59,930 nucleotides of DNA from a virus. Taxonomy: Duplodnaviria > Caudoviricetes. The translations under genes and the position numbers were made by a program. Location of the stretch: positions 1 to 59,930 of IMG/VR virus record IMGVR_UViG_3300021962_000115; one strand, 5' to 3'. Below are positions 27,984 through 38,378 of the stretch, piece after piece. The notes below the pieces were generated by a model that was not told the origin of the DNA, did not search any database, and worked only from the letters and a program-made list of their open reading frames with translations. Position 1 is the stretch's first letter. Every line of letters starts with the position of its first letter.

Positions 27984-29041
27984 TGGACTTCAATTACACC
28001 TTAAAATATAGAACCTTTGATCAACTCTTAGAAGATGTAACTGTTGACCTAAATACTTTTGCTCTTGAAAATATGATAGAGCCTCAACAGTTGATTAAAC
28101 TTGTTAAGAAGATTAACTATGATCTTGGTCTAAGAATTAATCAAACAAGAGAAGTTATTTTAGATGTCTGTCATGGTAAGGTAAAACTTCCTGATGACTT
28201 CTATACTTTTAACTTTGCATTTATCTGTGGTGAATTTACAGAACATGTAGGTTATAATGGTTGGGTTGGTGGAACTAACATACAAGAAGTTCCATATGTG
28301 GAAACACCATCTACGGTTGATGTTTGTGCTCCTGCAACAATAAACTGCTCTGTGTGCAATGCAAATCCATGTAACCATACTGCAGCATGTCCAGACAATA
28401 CATGTCCCACTACATGCACTCCTAGTGCTATCCCTACGGCATATGATCCATTAAATCCTTATGGTGATACTTGTACTAGACCAAGAGTATTTATGAACTG
28501 TAAAGGAGATAAATATGAACTTGTTCAAGTTATAAATAGCGCAGGTACTACAAGAACATATTCAGAACTACTTCCATTAAGAATGAGAGCAAGTGAGAAT
28601 ATAGAATGTGATTGTCCTAATTTATATTGGAATGCACCCAATGAGGGTTGGATTAAAGGAGGTTATCTTTTTACAACTTTTGAAACAGGAAAAGTATATT
28701 TAAACTATCAGGGTCAGATGGAAGATGAAGATGGTAATCTTTTAGTTCCAGATCATGATCTGATTAATGAATACTATGAGTATGCTCTCAAGTCAAGAAT
28801 TTTAGAAAATCTTTACATGAATGGTGAAGATGTAGCACAAAGAATGCAGCTTATTGAGCAGAGACTTAAGTCTGCTAGAAATAATGCTCTTAGTGTTGTG
28901 AATACTCCAAACTTTAAAGAGATGGCACAAGTATGGTGGGCAAATAGAAAAGCTATGTATGGTAAATATTACTATATGTTCTCAAGCTATTCACCAAACA
29001 ATAAATACATCAATTCAGCATACAATAGAAGAGTAATGTAA
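27983..29041 (+). CDS. putative tail ring protein with Cys-rich insertion
   Basis: KVKLPDDF and TTFETGKVYLNY..DEDGNLLVPD motifs; central Cys/Pro/Thr-rich insert. Confidence 0.6.
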   Translation: MDFNYTLKYRTFDQLLEDVTVDLNTFALENMIEPQQLIKLVKKINYDLGLRINQTREVILDVCHGKVKLPDDFYTFNFAFICGEFTEHVGYNGWVGGTNIQEVPYVETPSTVDVCAPATINCSVCNANPCNHTAACPDNTCPTTCTPSAIPTAYDPLNPYGDTCTRPRVFMNCKGDKYELVQVINSAGTTRTYSELLPLRMRASENIECDCPNLYWNAPNEGWIKGGYLFTTFETGKVYLNYQGQMEDEDGNLLVPDHDLINEYYEYALKSRILENLYMNGEDVAQRMQLIEQRLKSARNNALSVVNTPNFKEMAQVWWANRKAMYGKYYYMFSSYSPNNKYINSAYNRRVM

Positions 29042-32000
29042 TGGCAAAGATTCAGAATACATCTAAAGAAGTTACTAATACATTTGTCAAGGGTCTAAAT
29101 AAAGATTCTGATCCTTCATTTGTATCAGAAGGGATGTGGATACATGCCCGCAACGCAACTAATAATACAGCAGAAGGTAACTTAGGTACTCTATCAAATG
29201 AAGCATCAAACTACTTATGTGCTTCTGTTGGAACTACTATGCCTTCATTTGGAGCAAATGCTGTAACTGATGTATATATTATTGGAGCTATTCATCTCTT
29301 TTCAGATAAATGGGTAATTTTTTCTGCAGGACATTCATTAACAGGTAAGCCTGTAATGTCTGAGATAGGATTACTAGAAGAATCAAGATGTATATATAGA
29401 CCTATTGTACAAGATTCATGTCTAGGTTTTGATAAAAGAAACCTAGTACTTGGAACATCAAGAGAAAAAGAAGACTGTTCTTGGCAAGTATACTGGGCAG
29501 ATGGTCTGAATCCAGATAGATTTCTAAATGTAGGTGATCCACAAACATGGCCTACAAGTGATTTTCAATGGCAGTTAAATACAATGCCAAATCCAACTCC
29601 TATAGCTTATTCTGCATTAGTAAATAATTATGTAAATAGTGCTGGAGATACAATACTTTGGCCTGGAGTTAGATGGATAGAAGACTGTTCAACTAATTTA
29701 AATTGTACTACATGTACAGATACTAATGAACTTGACTGTGATCATATAAGATTAGCAAGACTTGTTAGTACACCATGTCTTACAATTCAGAGAGGAGAGT
29801 CTGGAGGTAATCTAAGAAATGGAACTTACTTTGCTACTATAGCTTATGCAATAAATGGTCAGAGAGTAACTGATTATTTTTCTCCAAGTAATACTCAACC
29901 CATTTGGTTTCCAGATGATTTACAAGGATCTATTACAATCAATGTAGAAGCTGACTCTGAGAACTTTGATGAGTTTATTTTAGTTGTAGTACAAAATATT
30001 AATCAAGGTACTGTTGCAAAACAGATTGGAACATACTCAACTAAGACAACAAGTATTGAATTAGATCAAATTAAAGATGAACTAATTACAGTTCCTATAG
30101 AACAAATACCAATTATTAATCCTGTATATGAAACATCTGATCAAATGACAGATGTAAACAATTACTTGTTAAGAGTTGGTCCTAGAACTAAATTTGATTT
30201 CAACTATCAACCGCTAGCAAACTTAATTAAGACTAAATGGGTATCTGTAGAATATCCCGCAGACTATTATACTAAAGGTGGCAATAAAGGAAGTTATCTA
30301 AGAGATGAAGTATATGCTTTCTTTATCCGTTGGGTATATGATACAGGTGATAAATCTGCATCTTATCATATTCCTGGTAGACCCCCAAAAGATTATTCAT
30401 ATTTACTTACAGGAACTGCAACTACAATAACAGCTAATGAAGCTAGTAATTCTACACATGATGTAAATTCACTTACAAGTACAGATCAATTATTTGAGAT
30501 GTACAATACTGCAAATACTAATGGCATTCCCTCGCTACTAAATACTACAACTAGTGATGGAGGCACAATTATTGCAACTGGTGAAATGGGTTATTGGGAA
30601 TCTTCAGAAAGATATCCAGATAATCAACCAGAGATATGGAATCCAAGTGAGTATTGTTGGACTGGAGCAGAAGGTCATAGCAGTTATACAGATCCACAGG
30701 GAAATACAATTTATCCTAATGATCTCTGTGGTCAACATATTAGACACCATAAATTTCCAGATAACTATTTAAATAGTAAAACACTTCACTATAAACCTAG
30801 TGCATCTACTGTACCCGGGGACTCAAATAATCTTGACATAAGATTAATGGGTGTAGTATTTCAGAATATAGCATTTCCAAAAGATCAAGATGGTAATGAC
30901 ATTCCAGGAATTGTAGGTTATGAAATCTTAAGAGGTTCAAGAGAAGGTAATAGATCTATTGTTGCTAAGGGTATTCTCAACAATATGAGAACCTATAAAA
31001 TCAAGGGAGATGTAGCAAGAAATAGAACAGGACTATATCCTAACTATCCATTTAACTGTTTACAATCTCCAATGAATACTGGAACAGTTGCTGATGCAAA
31101 CTATCAGTTTAATGATCCATATATTCAACTAGATGAAAACTACTATCAATCTATTCCTGTTGAAATAAATACATTTCACTCACCAGATACAATGTTTAGA
31201 ACTCCATTCTTGGAATCTACTGAACTTAAATTATATGGTGCAGTAAGTGGATATTCAGCACAGAACTTTAAATATCCGGATGAACATCCTAAGTTTAAAC
31301 TACTTAGTGATGCTGGTATGGGATTAGCTTTACTGATTGGTTTTGCAGAAGCTCTTGTTGCTATGACAGGCAAGAAGACAATGAGACAACCTGGTGCTAG
31401 TTTTACCACACAACCTGTACAGAACTTAATTAGTGGTCCTGGTGGTGTAACTATTACAAATCCTGCAGACCCATATTATGAAGCTCCTAATCAAGTTCAA
31501 CAGCAGATTATACAAACAACTGATGTAGGTGATCCAAATGGCTTGAGTTTACCGCCAGTACCTGGTTTACCAGCTCCGTTCTTTACAAAATTAAAGAGTT
31601 ATTTTGGTAATGGAAGCATTATAACTAATGTGGTGGGGGTACCACCCTCCCAAACACTTGACCAAATATTTGAAGAATTCAACTACAATGTTGGTTTTAA
31701 AGTAGGTGGTACATTCACTGCTCCAGATATTGATGTAGAATTATCTGCAGCAACATACCTAGAATCTGCTAATAACCTATCTTTCTTTACAGCTGTAAGT
31801 AATGCACTAGGTGGTTTAAACAAGTTCTTCTATTACTTTTCTTCTGGCTCTGATGCTACATTAGAATTGATTTATGCATTCCTACCATTTGATCAGTATG
31901 CTCTTCAAATGATTGCACATGGTCTATATGATAGTTTCTTATCTCCAAATTATATTGCAAGATTAGGTGAGCCATATGTAACAAGACTTAAAATTGATGA

Positions 32001-34653
32001 TGCATTTTATATTAGAGGTAATATACAAGAAATGCCATATTATCAATCTCAGTGGCCAGCAGTTGTAAATAATAGATACTCAATAAACAATCTTAAAAGA
32101 TCTGACGCAGTTGTATTAAGAACTATGAGTGGTCCTTACTTCCAACCGGCTTATCCAGACGGAGTAGATTTAGGACCTAAGTTTATTAAAAACACAACAG
32201 GAGAGTATTATGATAAATCTCTTGTAACACTGTCCTACTTTAATAACACTGCATCTGGACAAGCTAATGCTTGGGGTAATATTGCAGGTCCATCTTTTGA
32301 TGATAGAGAAATCTCTACTCCATTCTCATTACCAATTGCTAGTCACTATGGTGCAATTAAAATTAGAAAGAGAAACTTATATGGACAATTACAATCTATT
32401 AAACAAATTGTAATTACACCATGTGAGCAGAAACTAAGTGATTCTTTCTATAATAATAAAGTTTGGCCAGAATTGTACACATGTAATGGTACGCAATACT
32501 TGATAAATTGGATAACTCAAACTCCAGTGTTCTTTGGTGGAGATACTTTTGTAAATAGATATACAGAAAAGAATTCAATGTTCTTCTTCTATGATTGGTT
32601 ATATGGCCAACCAGATGGATATGAATTTAATTATCTATTGAGACAAATGATACCAGAACCTAAATTCTGGGTCAACTCAACTAAGTATGACATCTCAGAT
32701 TTTTCAAATGTATTTACTCAGTGGTTTAATGGTGGTGGGGCTCCTGGTACAGGATGGAAACCTACAAACTTCTATCAAATGGACTTTAATAAGTTTGACT
32801 ATAGAGACAATACTGCAGGAGATTATCCAGGAATATTTAGACCAAAGGACTGTTATTTCTACTTAGCTGTTTCTTCTGTAAGAGATTTCTTTGTAGAATC
32901 AGAAGTACTTGTTGATTTTAGAATACAAGGTATTACTGAATCTGAAAAATATTATGACCCATACGGATATACTGATCTATATAGTATGTTTAATATGGAT
33001 CCACAGATTATTACAAGAGGTAATGAATATAGATATGACTATTCACTAAGTATTACTAAAGCATTTAGTCAGTACTTCTCTGCAGGAAATTTGCAGAGTA
33101 GATATTATAATCCTAGTGTTGCTAAGCTCTGCTATACATACTACCCAGATAGAATTATCTATTCTCTACCACAGCAGCAAGAGTCTTTTAAAGATAGCTG
33201 GTTTGTGTATCTAGTAAACAACTATAAAGAATTCCAGCATCAAATATCTGGTGTTAAATCTATTAATAAGAATGGTATTGTAATTACTTTTAAAAATGCT
33301 AGCCCATTAATGCATCAAGGAGTTGATACATTACAAACAGACTTAGGTACTAAAATTACAATTGGGGATGGTGGTCTATTTAGTCAACCAGGACAATCTG
33401 TAATTAATGCTGATGCATCATATGAATATGGTTCATCACAAAATAAACTATCTGTAATCTCTACTCCTGCAGGTATATATTATATATCCCAGAACCAAGC
33501 TAAGATATTTTCATTAGGTTCAGGTTTAAAAGAGATATCACAAATAGGTTTAAAATGGTGGTTTACTAATTTCCTACCATACAAGCTTACTGATGATTTT
33601 CCTGATTATCCTTATCAAGATAATCCTGTATCTGGTATTGGTTGTCAATCCTTATATGATAATGAAAACTCAATAATATACTTTTCTAAGAGAGATTATA
33701 AGTTATTGGACAAATGGAAGAGTCCATTGTTTAATGGTAAGATTCTATACATTCCACTAGTAACTTCAGGAAAAGATAAAGGAACTGGTGATTACTTTCA
33801 GATTCAAAATGCTAATGGTGTTATTCAACCTGGTATATATCAATTAGGTGATCCATTCTTATTTGAAGATGCTTCTTGGACAGTAAGTTTTGACCCTAAA
33901 AATGAATTCTGGATCTCATTTCATGACTGGCATCCTAATCTCAGTATTGGGACTAAAAGTGTTTTCTTAACCACTAAGAAAAATGGAATCTGGAAACACA
34001 ATGATGTATGCAATAGTTACTGTAACTTCTATGGGCAGTCTTATCCATTTGAAATAGAACTACCTATAATAACAGGTCAATCAGTTACTACAGTAAAATC
34101 AATTGAGTACATACTTGAATGTTATAGAAGAAAAAATAATTGTATAGATCAGTTCCATGTACTTGATTACAATTTTGATCATGCCGTTGTATACAATTCT
34201 GAACAAGTTTCTGGATACCTTAATCTAAATATTTTTCCTAAGAATAATGTTACTCTTAGTCAAACATATCCTAAACTAAATCAATCTAACTTACAATCTT
34301 TTGATATTCTATTTAGCAAAGAAGAAAACAAGTATAGATTTAATCAGTTCTGGGATATTACAAGAGACCGTGGAGAATTTCCTATTGGATCAGATTATCC
34401 ACCAACAGGACCAGTTGTTCCAGGAACTACAGTACTACAGGGTAATTATGACCAAGAATCTATCTGGTATACAGAAGCAAATGGATATAAGAGAACATTA
34501 AATCCGGTAAACTTAGATTATAATAAATCTGAACTACAAAGAAAGAAGTTTAGACATTACTTAAATTACTTAACTTTAATTAGAGAAGATAGTACAGATA
34601 CAAATATGATCTTAAAAATAGTTAATAGTAAGAACCAAATATCTCTTAGGTAA
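29041..34653 (+). CDS. tail stabilisation/muzzle protein (P22 gp10-like)
   Basis: 1870 aa beta-rich; starts with F.KGLNKD..P...WIHARN; late WTVSFDP..WISFHDW.P motif; follows ring proteins. Confidence 0.7.
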   Translation: MAKIQNTSKEVTNTFVKGLNKDSDPSFVSEGMWIHARNATNNTAEGNLGTLSNEASNYLCASVGTTMPSFGANAVTDVYIIGAIHLFSDKWVIFSAGHSLTGKPVMSEIGLLEESRCIYRPIVQDSCLGFDKRNLVLGTSREKEDCSWQVYWADGLNPDRFLNVGDPQTWPTSDFQWQLNTMPNPTPIAYSALVNNYVNSAGDTILWPGVRWIEDCSTNLNCTTCTDTNELDCDHIRLARLVSTPCLTIQRGESGGNLRNGTYFATIAYAINGQRVTDYFSPSNTQPIWFPDDLQGSITINVEADSENFDEFILVVVQNINQGTVAKQIGTYSTKTTSIELDQIKDELITVPIEQIPIINPVYETSDQMTDVNNYLLRVGPRTKFDFNYQPLANLIKTKWVSVEYPADYYTKGGNKGSYLRDEVYAFFIRWVYDTGDKSASYHIPGRPPKDYSYLLTGTATTITANEASNSTHDVNSLTSTDQLFEMYNTANTNGIPSLLNTTTSDGGTIIATGEMGYWESSERYPDNQPEIWNPSEYCWTGAEGHSSYTDPQGNTIYPNDLCGQHIRHHKFPDNYLNSKTLHYKPSASTVPGDSNNLDIRLMGVVFQNIAFPKDQDGNDIPGIVGYEILRGSREGNRSIVAKGILNNMRTYKIKGDVARNRTGLYPNYPFNCLQSPMNTGTVADANYQFNDPYIQLDENYYQSIPVEINTFHSPDTMFRTPFLESTELKLYGAVSGYSAQNFKYPDEHPKFKLLSDAGMGLALLIGFAEALVAMTGKKTMRQPGASFTTQPVQNLISGPGGVTITNPADPYYEAPNQVQQQIIQTTDVGDPNGLSLPPVPGLPAPFFTKLKSYFGNGSIITNVVGVPPSQTLDQIFEEFNYNVGFKVGGTFTAPDIDVELSAATYLESANNLSFFTAVSNALGGLNKFFYYFSSGSDATLELIYAFLPFDQYALQMIAHGLYDSFLSPNYIARLGEPYVTRLKIDDAFYIRGNIQEMPYYQSQWPAVVNNRYSINNLKRSDAVVLRTMSGPYFQPAYPDGVDLGPKFIKNTTGEYYDKSLVTLSYFNNTASGQANAWGNIAGPSFDDREISTPFSLPIASHYGAIKIRKRNLYGQLQSIKQIVITPCEQKLSDSFYNNKVWPELYTCNGTQYLINWITQTPVFFGGDTFVNRYTEKNSMFFFYDWLYGQPDGYEFNYLLRQMIPEPKFWVNSTKYDISDFSNVFTQWFNGGGAPGTGWKPTNFYQMDFNKFDYRDNTAGDYPGIFRPKDCYFYLAVSSVRDFFVESEVLVDFRIQGITESEKYYDPYGYTDLYSMFNMDPQIITRGNEYRYDYSLSITKAFSQYFSAGNLQSRYYNPSVAKLCYTYYPDRIIYSLPQQQESFKDSWFVYLVNNYKEFQHQISGVKSINKNGIVITFKNASPLMHQGVDTLQTDLGTKITIGDGGLFSQPGQSVINADASYEYGSSQNKLSVISTPAGIYYISQNQAKIFSLGSGLKEISQIGLKWWFTNFLPYKLTDDFPDYPYQDNPVSGIGCQSLYDNENSIIYFSKRDYKLLDKWKSPLFNGKILYIPLVTSGKDKGTGDYFQIQNANGVIQPGIYQLGDPFLFEDASWTVSFDPKNEFWISFHDWHPNLSIGTKSVFLTTKKNGIWKHNDVCNSYCNFYGQSYPFEIELPIITGQSVTTVKSIEYILECYRRKNNCIDQFHVLDYNFDHAVVYNSEQVSGYLNLNIFPKNNVTLSQTYPKLNQSNLQSFDILFSKEENKYRFNQFWDITRDRGEFPIGSDYPPTGPVVPGTTVLQGNYDQESIWYTEANGYKRTLNPVNLDYNKSELQRKKFRHYLNYLTLIREDSTDTNMILKIVNSKNQISLR

Positions 34654-36203
34654 TGAATAATAAGAAAGTACTCAGTAAAGCAGTTAAGAATCTTTCTAAA
34701 ACTAAGAAGGTTGCAAAACCTAAAAATATAATAGAAGATCCTAGAGGTCAGTGGGCACATCCTGGTGAGATAACCAGGATACCATCTGATACTATAACTA
34801 TGCAAGGAGTACCTTATCCTGTTATGGCATACCCTAATATAGGACAACCACAAATGATGTATCCAGGACAAGAGTACTATTTTCCAGGGGCAGCTCATGT
34901 AGATGAGTATCCACAGATGCAAGATGGAGGTATAATTTCTCAAGAAGAAATAGATGCCGCTAATAGAGCTATGATGAAAGCAAGATTAGCATATGCTCAA
35001 ATGCATGGTAATCCTGCTGCTCAAAGAATGGTGGTTGCACCAGATCAACCCTATCAGTTTGATAATGGAATGATAGGTACACACTATATGGCATCTATGG
35101 ACAATTATGCTGTACCACAAATTCAAGGTGTTGATGGACAACTAGTGCTAGGTGATTTTGGTCCAGAGTCTGCAGAAGCTATGAGATTTGATAATCCTGA
35201 AGATGCAATGTACTTTGCAGAAAATTATAAACAGATAACCCCAGATGAATCATATAGACAAGAAGAAGATGCCTATATAGAAACAGAACTTACCCCAGAA
35301 GAAATACAAGAATACGCTAAGGGGGGTTGGGTTGTAGAAGAAGTAGATGAAATTTCTGCACCAACAGATCTTGATCCAAAAACAATGGCTAAGTACAAGA
35401 AAGCACTCAAGAACCAAGAGAATGCTGGAAAGGCTGGTTACAATAAAGCACAGGATAGATGGTATCCACATGTAAGTCCAGAAGGAGGAAAGAAAACAAT
35501 TGGTTATGGACATAAGCTTACAACTAACAATTATGCTAATGGTTTATCAACAGCAGAAGTAGAAAGTTTACTTGACTCAGATATATTAAAACATCAAGCT
35601 ATTGCTGAAAAACAAGTTGATGAGCAATATGGTAAAGGAACTTTTGATAAACTTCCACAAGATTCTCAGATGCTTCTTGTAGACTATGCTTATAACCTAG
35701 GTACATTAAAAGAATTTCCAAAGTTTGTTAATGGTGTAGTTACAGGTGACAAAGAAAAAATGTTGGCTGAGCATAAAAGATATAGTGGTTCTAGTCCTAT
35801 TACTAGAAGGAACCAATGGACTGTTGATACAATAAATACTATGGATACTACTATTCCATCAAAAATAAACTTACCTGTCCCTACTAATTCTACACAAACA
35901 ACTAAATCTAATAAGGATAGATGGGGAAGATCTCCTAATACTATTTGGTATGGTTTTAATCCTGAGACTAAATTATATGAACAAAAAGGTTTGCTCTGGC
36001 CTCAATATGGAGATCCAGGCCCTGGTATTGGAGGACCACTACCAGGATCTTATATATCCCCAGGACAAAGACTAAGAGAATATCAAGAAGGATTAAAGAA
36101 ACAATCTAAAGGTGGTCAGTATAATATTGGAGATGAGGTTGAGCTTACAGAAGCTGAAGTAAAGAGATTAAGAAGTTTAGGTTATACCATTGAAAAAATC
36201 TAG
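34653..36203 (+). CDS. internal virion protein with GH24 (T4-type) lysozyme-like domain
   Basis: LKNQEN..WYPH.SPEGGKKTIGYGH..LVDYAYNLG..FPKF..RR; flanked by xxxGG motifs and LT..EI modules. Confidence 0.7.
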   Translation: MNNKKVLSKAVKNLSKTKKVAKPKNIIEDPRGQWAHPGEITRIPSDTITMQGVPYPVMAYPNIGQPQMMYPGQEYYFPGAAHVDEYPQMQDGGIISQEEIDAANRAMMKARLAYAQMHGNPAAQRMVVAPDQPYQFDNGMIGTHYMASMDNYAVPQIQGVDGQLVLGDFGPESAEAMRFDNPEDAMYFAENYKQITPDESYRQEEDAYIETELTPEEIQEYAKGGWVVEEVDEISAPTDLDPKTMAKYKKALKNQENAGKAGYNKAQDRWYPHVSPEGGKKTIGYGHKLTTNNYANGLSTAEVESLLDSDILKHQAIAEKQVDEQYGKGTFDKLPQDSQMLLVDYAYNLGTLKEFPKFVNGVVTGDKEKMLAEHKRYSGSSPITRRNQWTVDTINTMDTTIPSKINLPVPTNSTQTTKSNKDRWGRSPNTIWYGFNPETKLYEQKGLLWPQYGDPGPGIGGPLPGSYISPGQRLREYQEGLKKQSKGGQYNIGDEVELTEAEVKRLRSLGYTIEKI

Positions 36204-36205
36204 TC

Positions 36206-38314
36206 ATGGCTAAATATAGAATTACAAGTACTCCAGATGATTCTTTCAAAAAAGGTGGAGAACGTAAAAAGAAAAAGAGGAATAATGACAAAGACTACCG
36301 ACATATTCCTATAACTCCAGAAATGCAAGCAGAGATGCCTGCAGATGAGTGGGGTCAATACATTCAAGAAGTACCTGAAGTATATACTACTAGAACTAGA
36401 GAACAACAGGATATTAGAAATGCTCTTGACTATCAACAAAGAATGGCTGAATTATATCCGGGTAGACCTACTCAGTCAGATGCAATACAACCTGCTGATT
36501 GGTTTTGGCAGTTAGGTGCTCTTGGAGCAACAGGAGCTGCAGGAGATCTATTAAGTGCAGGAGAAACTTTAGGTACTAAAGCACTACCTTATATTGAAAG
36601 TGCTCTTAATACTTCAATACCTAAAATGAGTTCAATTCCTGGAGCCACTTTTGGTAATGCTATGGGAGCTTATTTTGCAGGAGATGCTATAGTTAATAGA
36701 TTATACCCATCTGCAGGTAAAATACAAGAAGGTGAATATGGTGAAGCTGCAACGGATATAGGAACAGGTTTATTAGACCTATGGGGAGCTAACATGTTAA
36801 GTCCTCTATATAAAGGAGCAAAAGCTACAGCATCTGAACTTAGTAAGTTTATAGGTGCTGAGGATTTTAGTATATTTCCTAAACAACCTATTCCGCTTGA
36901 AGGCTATGATCTATCAAAAGGAAGAGCAACTAAATCACTTATTCCTGAAGTAGTTGAAGAACAAAAAGTTATAGAGCCTTGGAGAATGCAACCTATGCCA
37001 GGATTACATTTAAAGTCTACAATGACAACTAATCCAAAAGGTTTACATACACAAGTAGCAAAAGATGGAACTATAAATGTAGAAAATGCTTTAAAATTTA
37101 TTAAAAATAATGAAGGACAAGACAAGTATAATCTAGTAACTAAAGCCTTAGGACAAAACCTACCTAAGAAAATGGACTATAATCAATTTAGAAATCTCAT
37201 ACAAAAAGAATTAGTACCATTAGAAAAAACTGTAGGTGTCCGAGATAATAGTGTATATGGTTTACAAAGACTTGGTTATACTGTTGAACAGCCTAATGTA
37301 ACTACATATTATTCAGATGGTGAAGCAAAAATTATAGAAAATCAAACTATTCTATTAGGTAATAGAAATCAATTTGGTAGGGGATCTACTGCACATGGTA
37401 ATCCTGATGAAACTTTAGGTCATATTCATTTCTTTAGAGATTCTGATACTCCAGATGCATTAACTATTTCACAAATACAATCAGATGCATTTCAAGGTAC
37501 ACATCGGTCATCAATAAGAACTAAAGAACAGGCTGAATCTTCTCTAAGAGAAACGGAAAAACATTATGAAAGATTAAAAAAATCCTTTGACCAACTTACT
37601 CTAGGACCTGATGGTTTCTATCAATTACCCGATGGACAAGTAATGCGTAAAGATATGGCTGATGCTATGCTTAAATCACAAGCAGAAACAATTAATCTAA
37701 TGAAATCAGATTTAAAAAACTTTGATCAAAGACAACTATTAGATAAAAATCATCAAGAAAGATACTTACAAGAAATTGTACAATATGCTGCAGAAAGAGG
37801 TGATGTTAACAGAATTAAATTACCTACTTCAGAAACAGCAGCTAAAATACAAAAATATTCAAAAGAGACATGGGATGATATTGAGGATTTTAGAAGCTAT
37901 ATGCAAGCAGAATATGACCTTGATCAAGCACAACAATTTGGAGACCCTGAAATTATTAAGTCAGCACAACAAAAAGTTGATAAAATTAAACAACAACAAA
38001 TAGATAGAGTACCAGATTATAGATCAAAACATAAAACTATTCTTAAAAAATATAATGAATTACCTAAAATAATTAAGAAATTATATGGTACAGAACCTAA
38101 AATAGTAACAGATAGTAAAGGTAATACGTGGTATGAACTTAATATTCCATATGAATTTAAAGAGGGACCAGCAGAAATAAAAGCATTTAAGAGTGGTGGA
38201 CAATATGCAGCTGCTCTACCACAAGAACAAGATAGAGGTATTGTCACTTCTCTAACAGATGCTGAAATCAAACAATATATAAAAGATGGTTATATTGTAG
38301 AAGAGATCAAGTGA
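36206..38314 (+). CDS. internal virion/cargo protein with a domain like those of large polyvalent phage proteins
   Basis: Gly/Ala hydrophobic stretch; H..PDETLGHIHF..LTISQIQSD and D.KGNTWYEL motifs; C-terminal LT..EI module. Confidence 0.5.
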   Translation: MAKYRITSTPDDSFKKGGERKKKKRNNDKDYRHIPITPEMQAEMPADEWGQYIQEVPEVYTTRTREQQDIRNALDYQQRMAELYPGRPTQSDAIQPADWFWQLGALGATGAAGDLLSAGETLGTKALPYIESALNTSIPKMSSIPGATFGNAMGAYFAGDAIVNRLYPSAGKIQEGEYGEAATDIGTGLLDLWGANMLSPLYKGAKATASELSKFIGAEDFSIFPKQPIPLEGYDLSKGRATKSLIPEVVEEQKVIEPWRMQPMPGLHLKSTMTTNPKGLHTQVAKDGTINVENALKFIKNNEGQDKYNLVTKALGQNLPKKMDYNQFRNLIQKELVPLEKTVGVRDNSVYGLQRLGYTVEQPNVTTYYSDGEAKIIENQTILLGNRNQFGRGSTAHGNPDETLGHIHFFRDSDTPDALTISQIQSDAFQGTHRSSIRTKEQAESSLRETEKHYERLKKSFDQLTLGPDGFYQLPDGQVMRKDMADAMLKSQAETINLMKSDLKNFDQRQLLDKNHQERYLQEIVQYAAERGDVNRIKLPTSETAAKIQKYSKETWDDIEDFRSYMQAEYDLDQAQQFGDPEIIKSAQQKVDKIKQQQIDRVPDYRSKHKTILKKYNELPKIIKKLYGTEPKIVTDSKGNTWYELNIPYEFKEGPAEIKAFKSGGQYAAALPQEQDRGIVTSLTDAEIKQYIKDGYIVEEIK

Positions 38315-38315
38315 A

Positions 38316-38336
38316 TGTAAACTAAATAAGTTTACA
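38316..38336. promoter_or_regulatory. operator-like inverted repeat TGTAAACT-N5-AGTTTACA
   Basis: Perfect 8-bp arms, intergenic, upstream of the CTATATTTAGTATATA box and gene 38379. Confidence 0.55.
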
Positions 38337-38378
38337 GTTTAAATTTTAATTTACTATATTTAGTATATACACTGTGTA

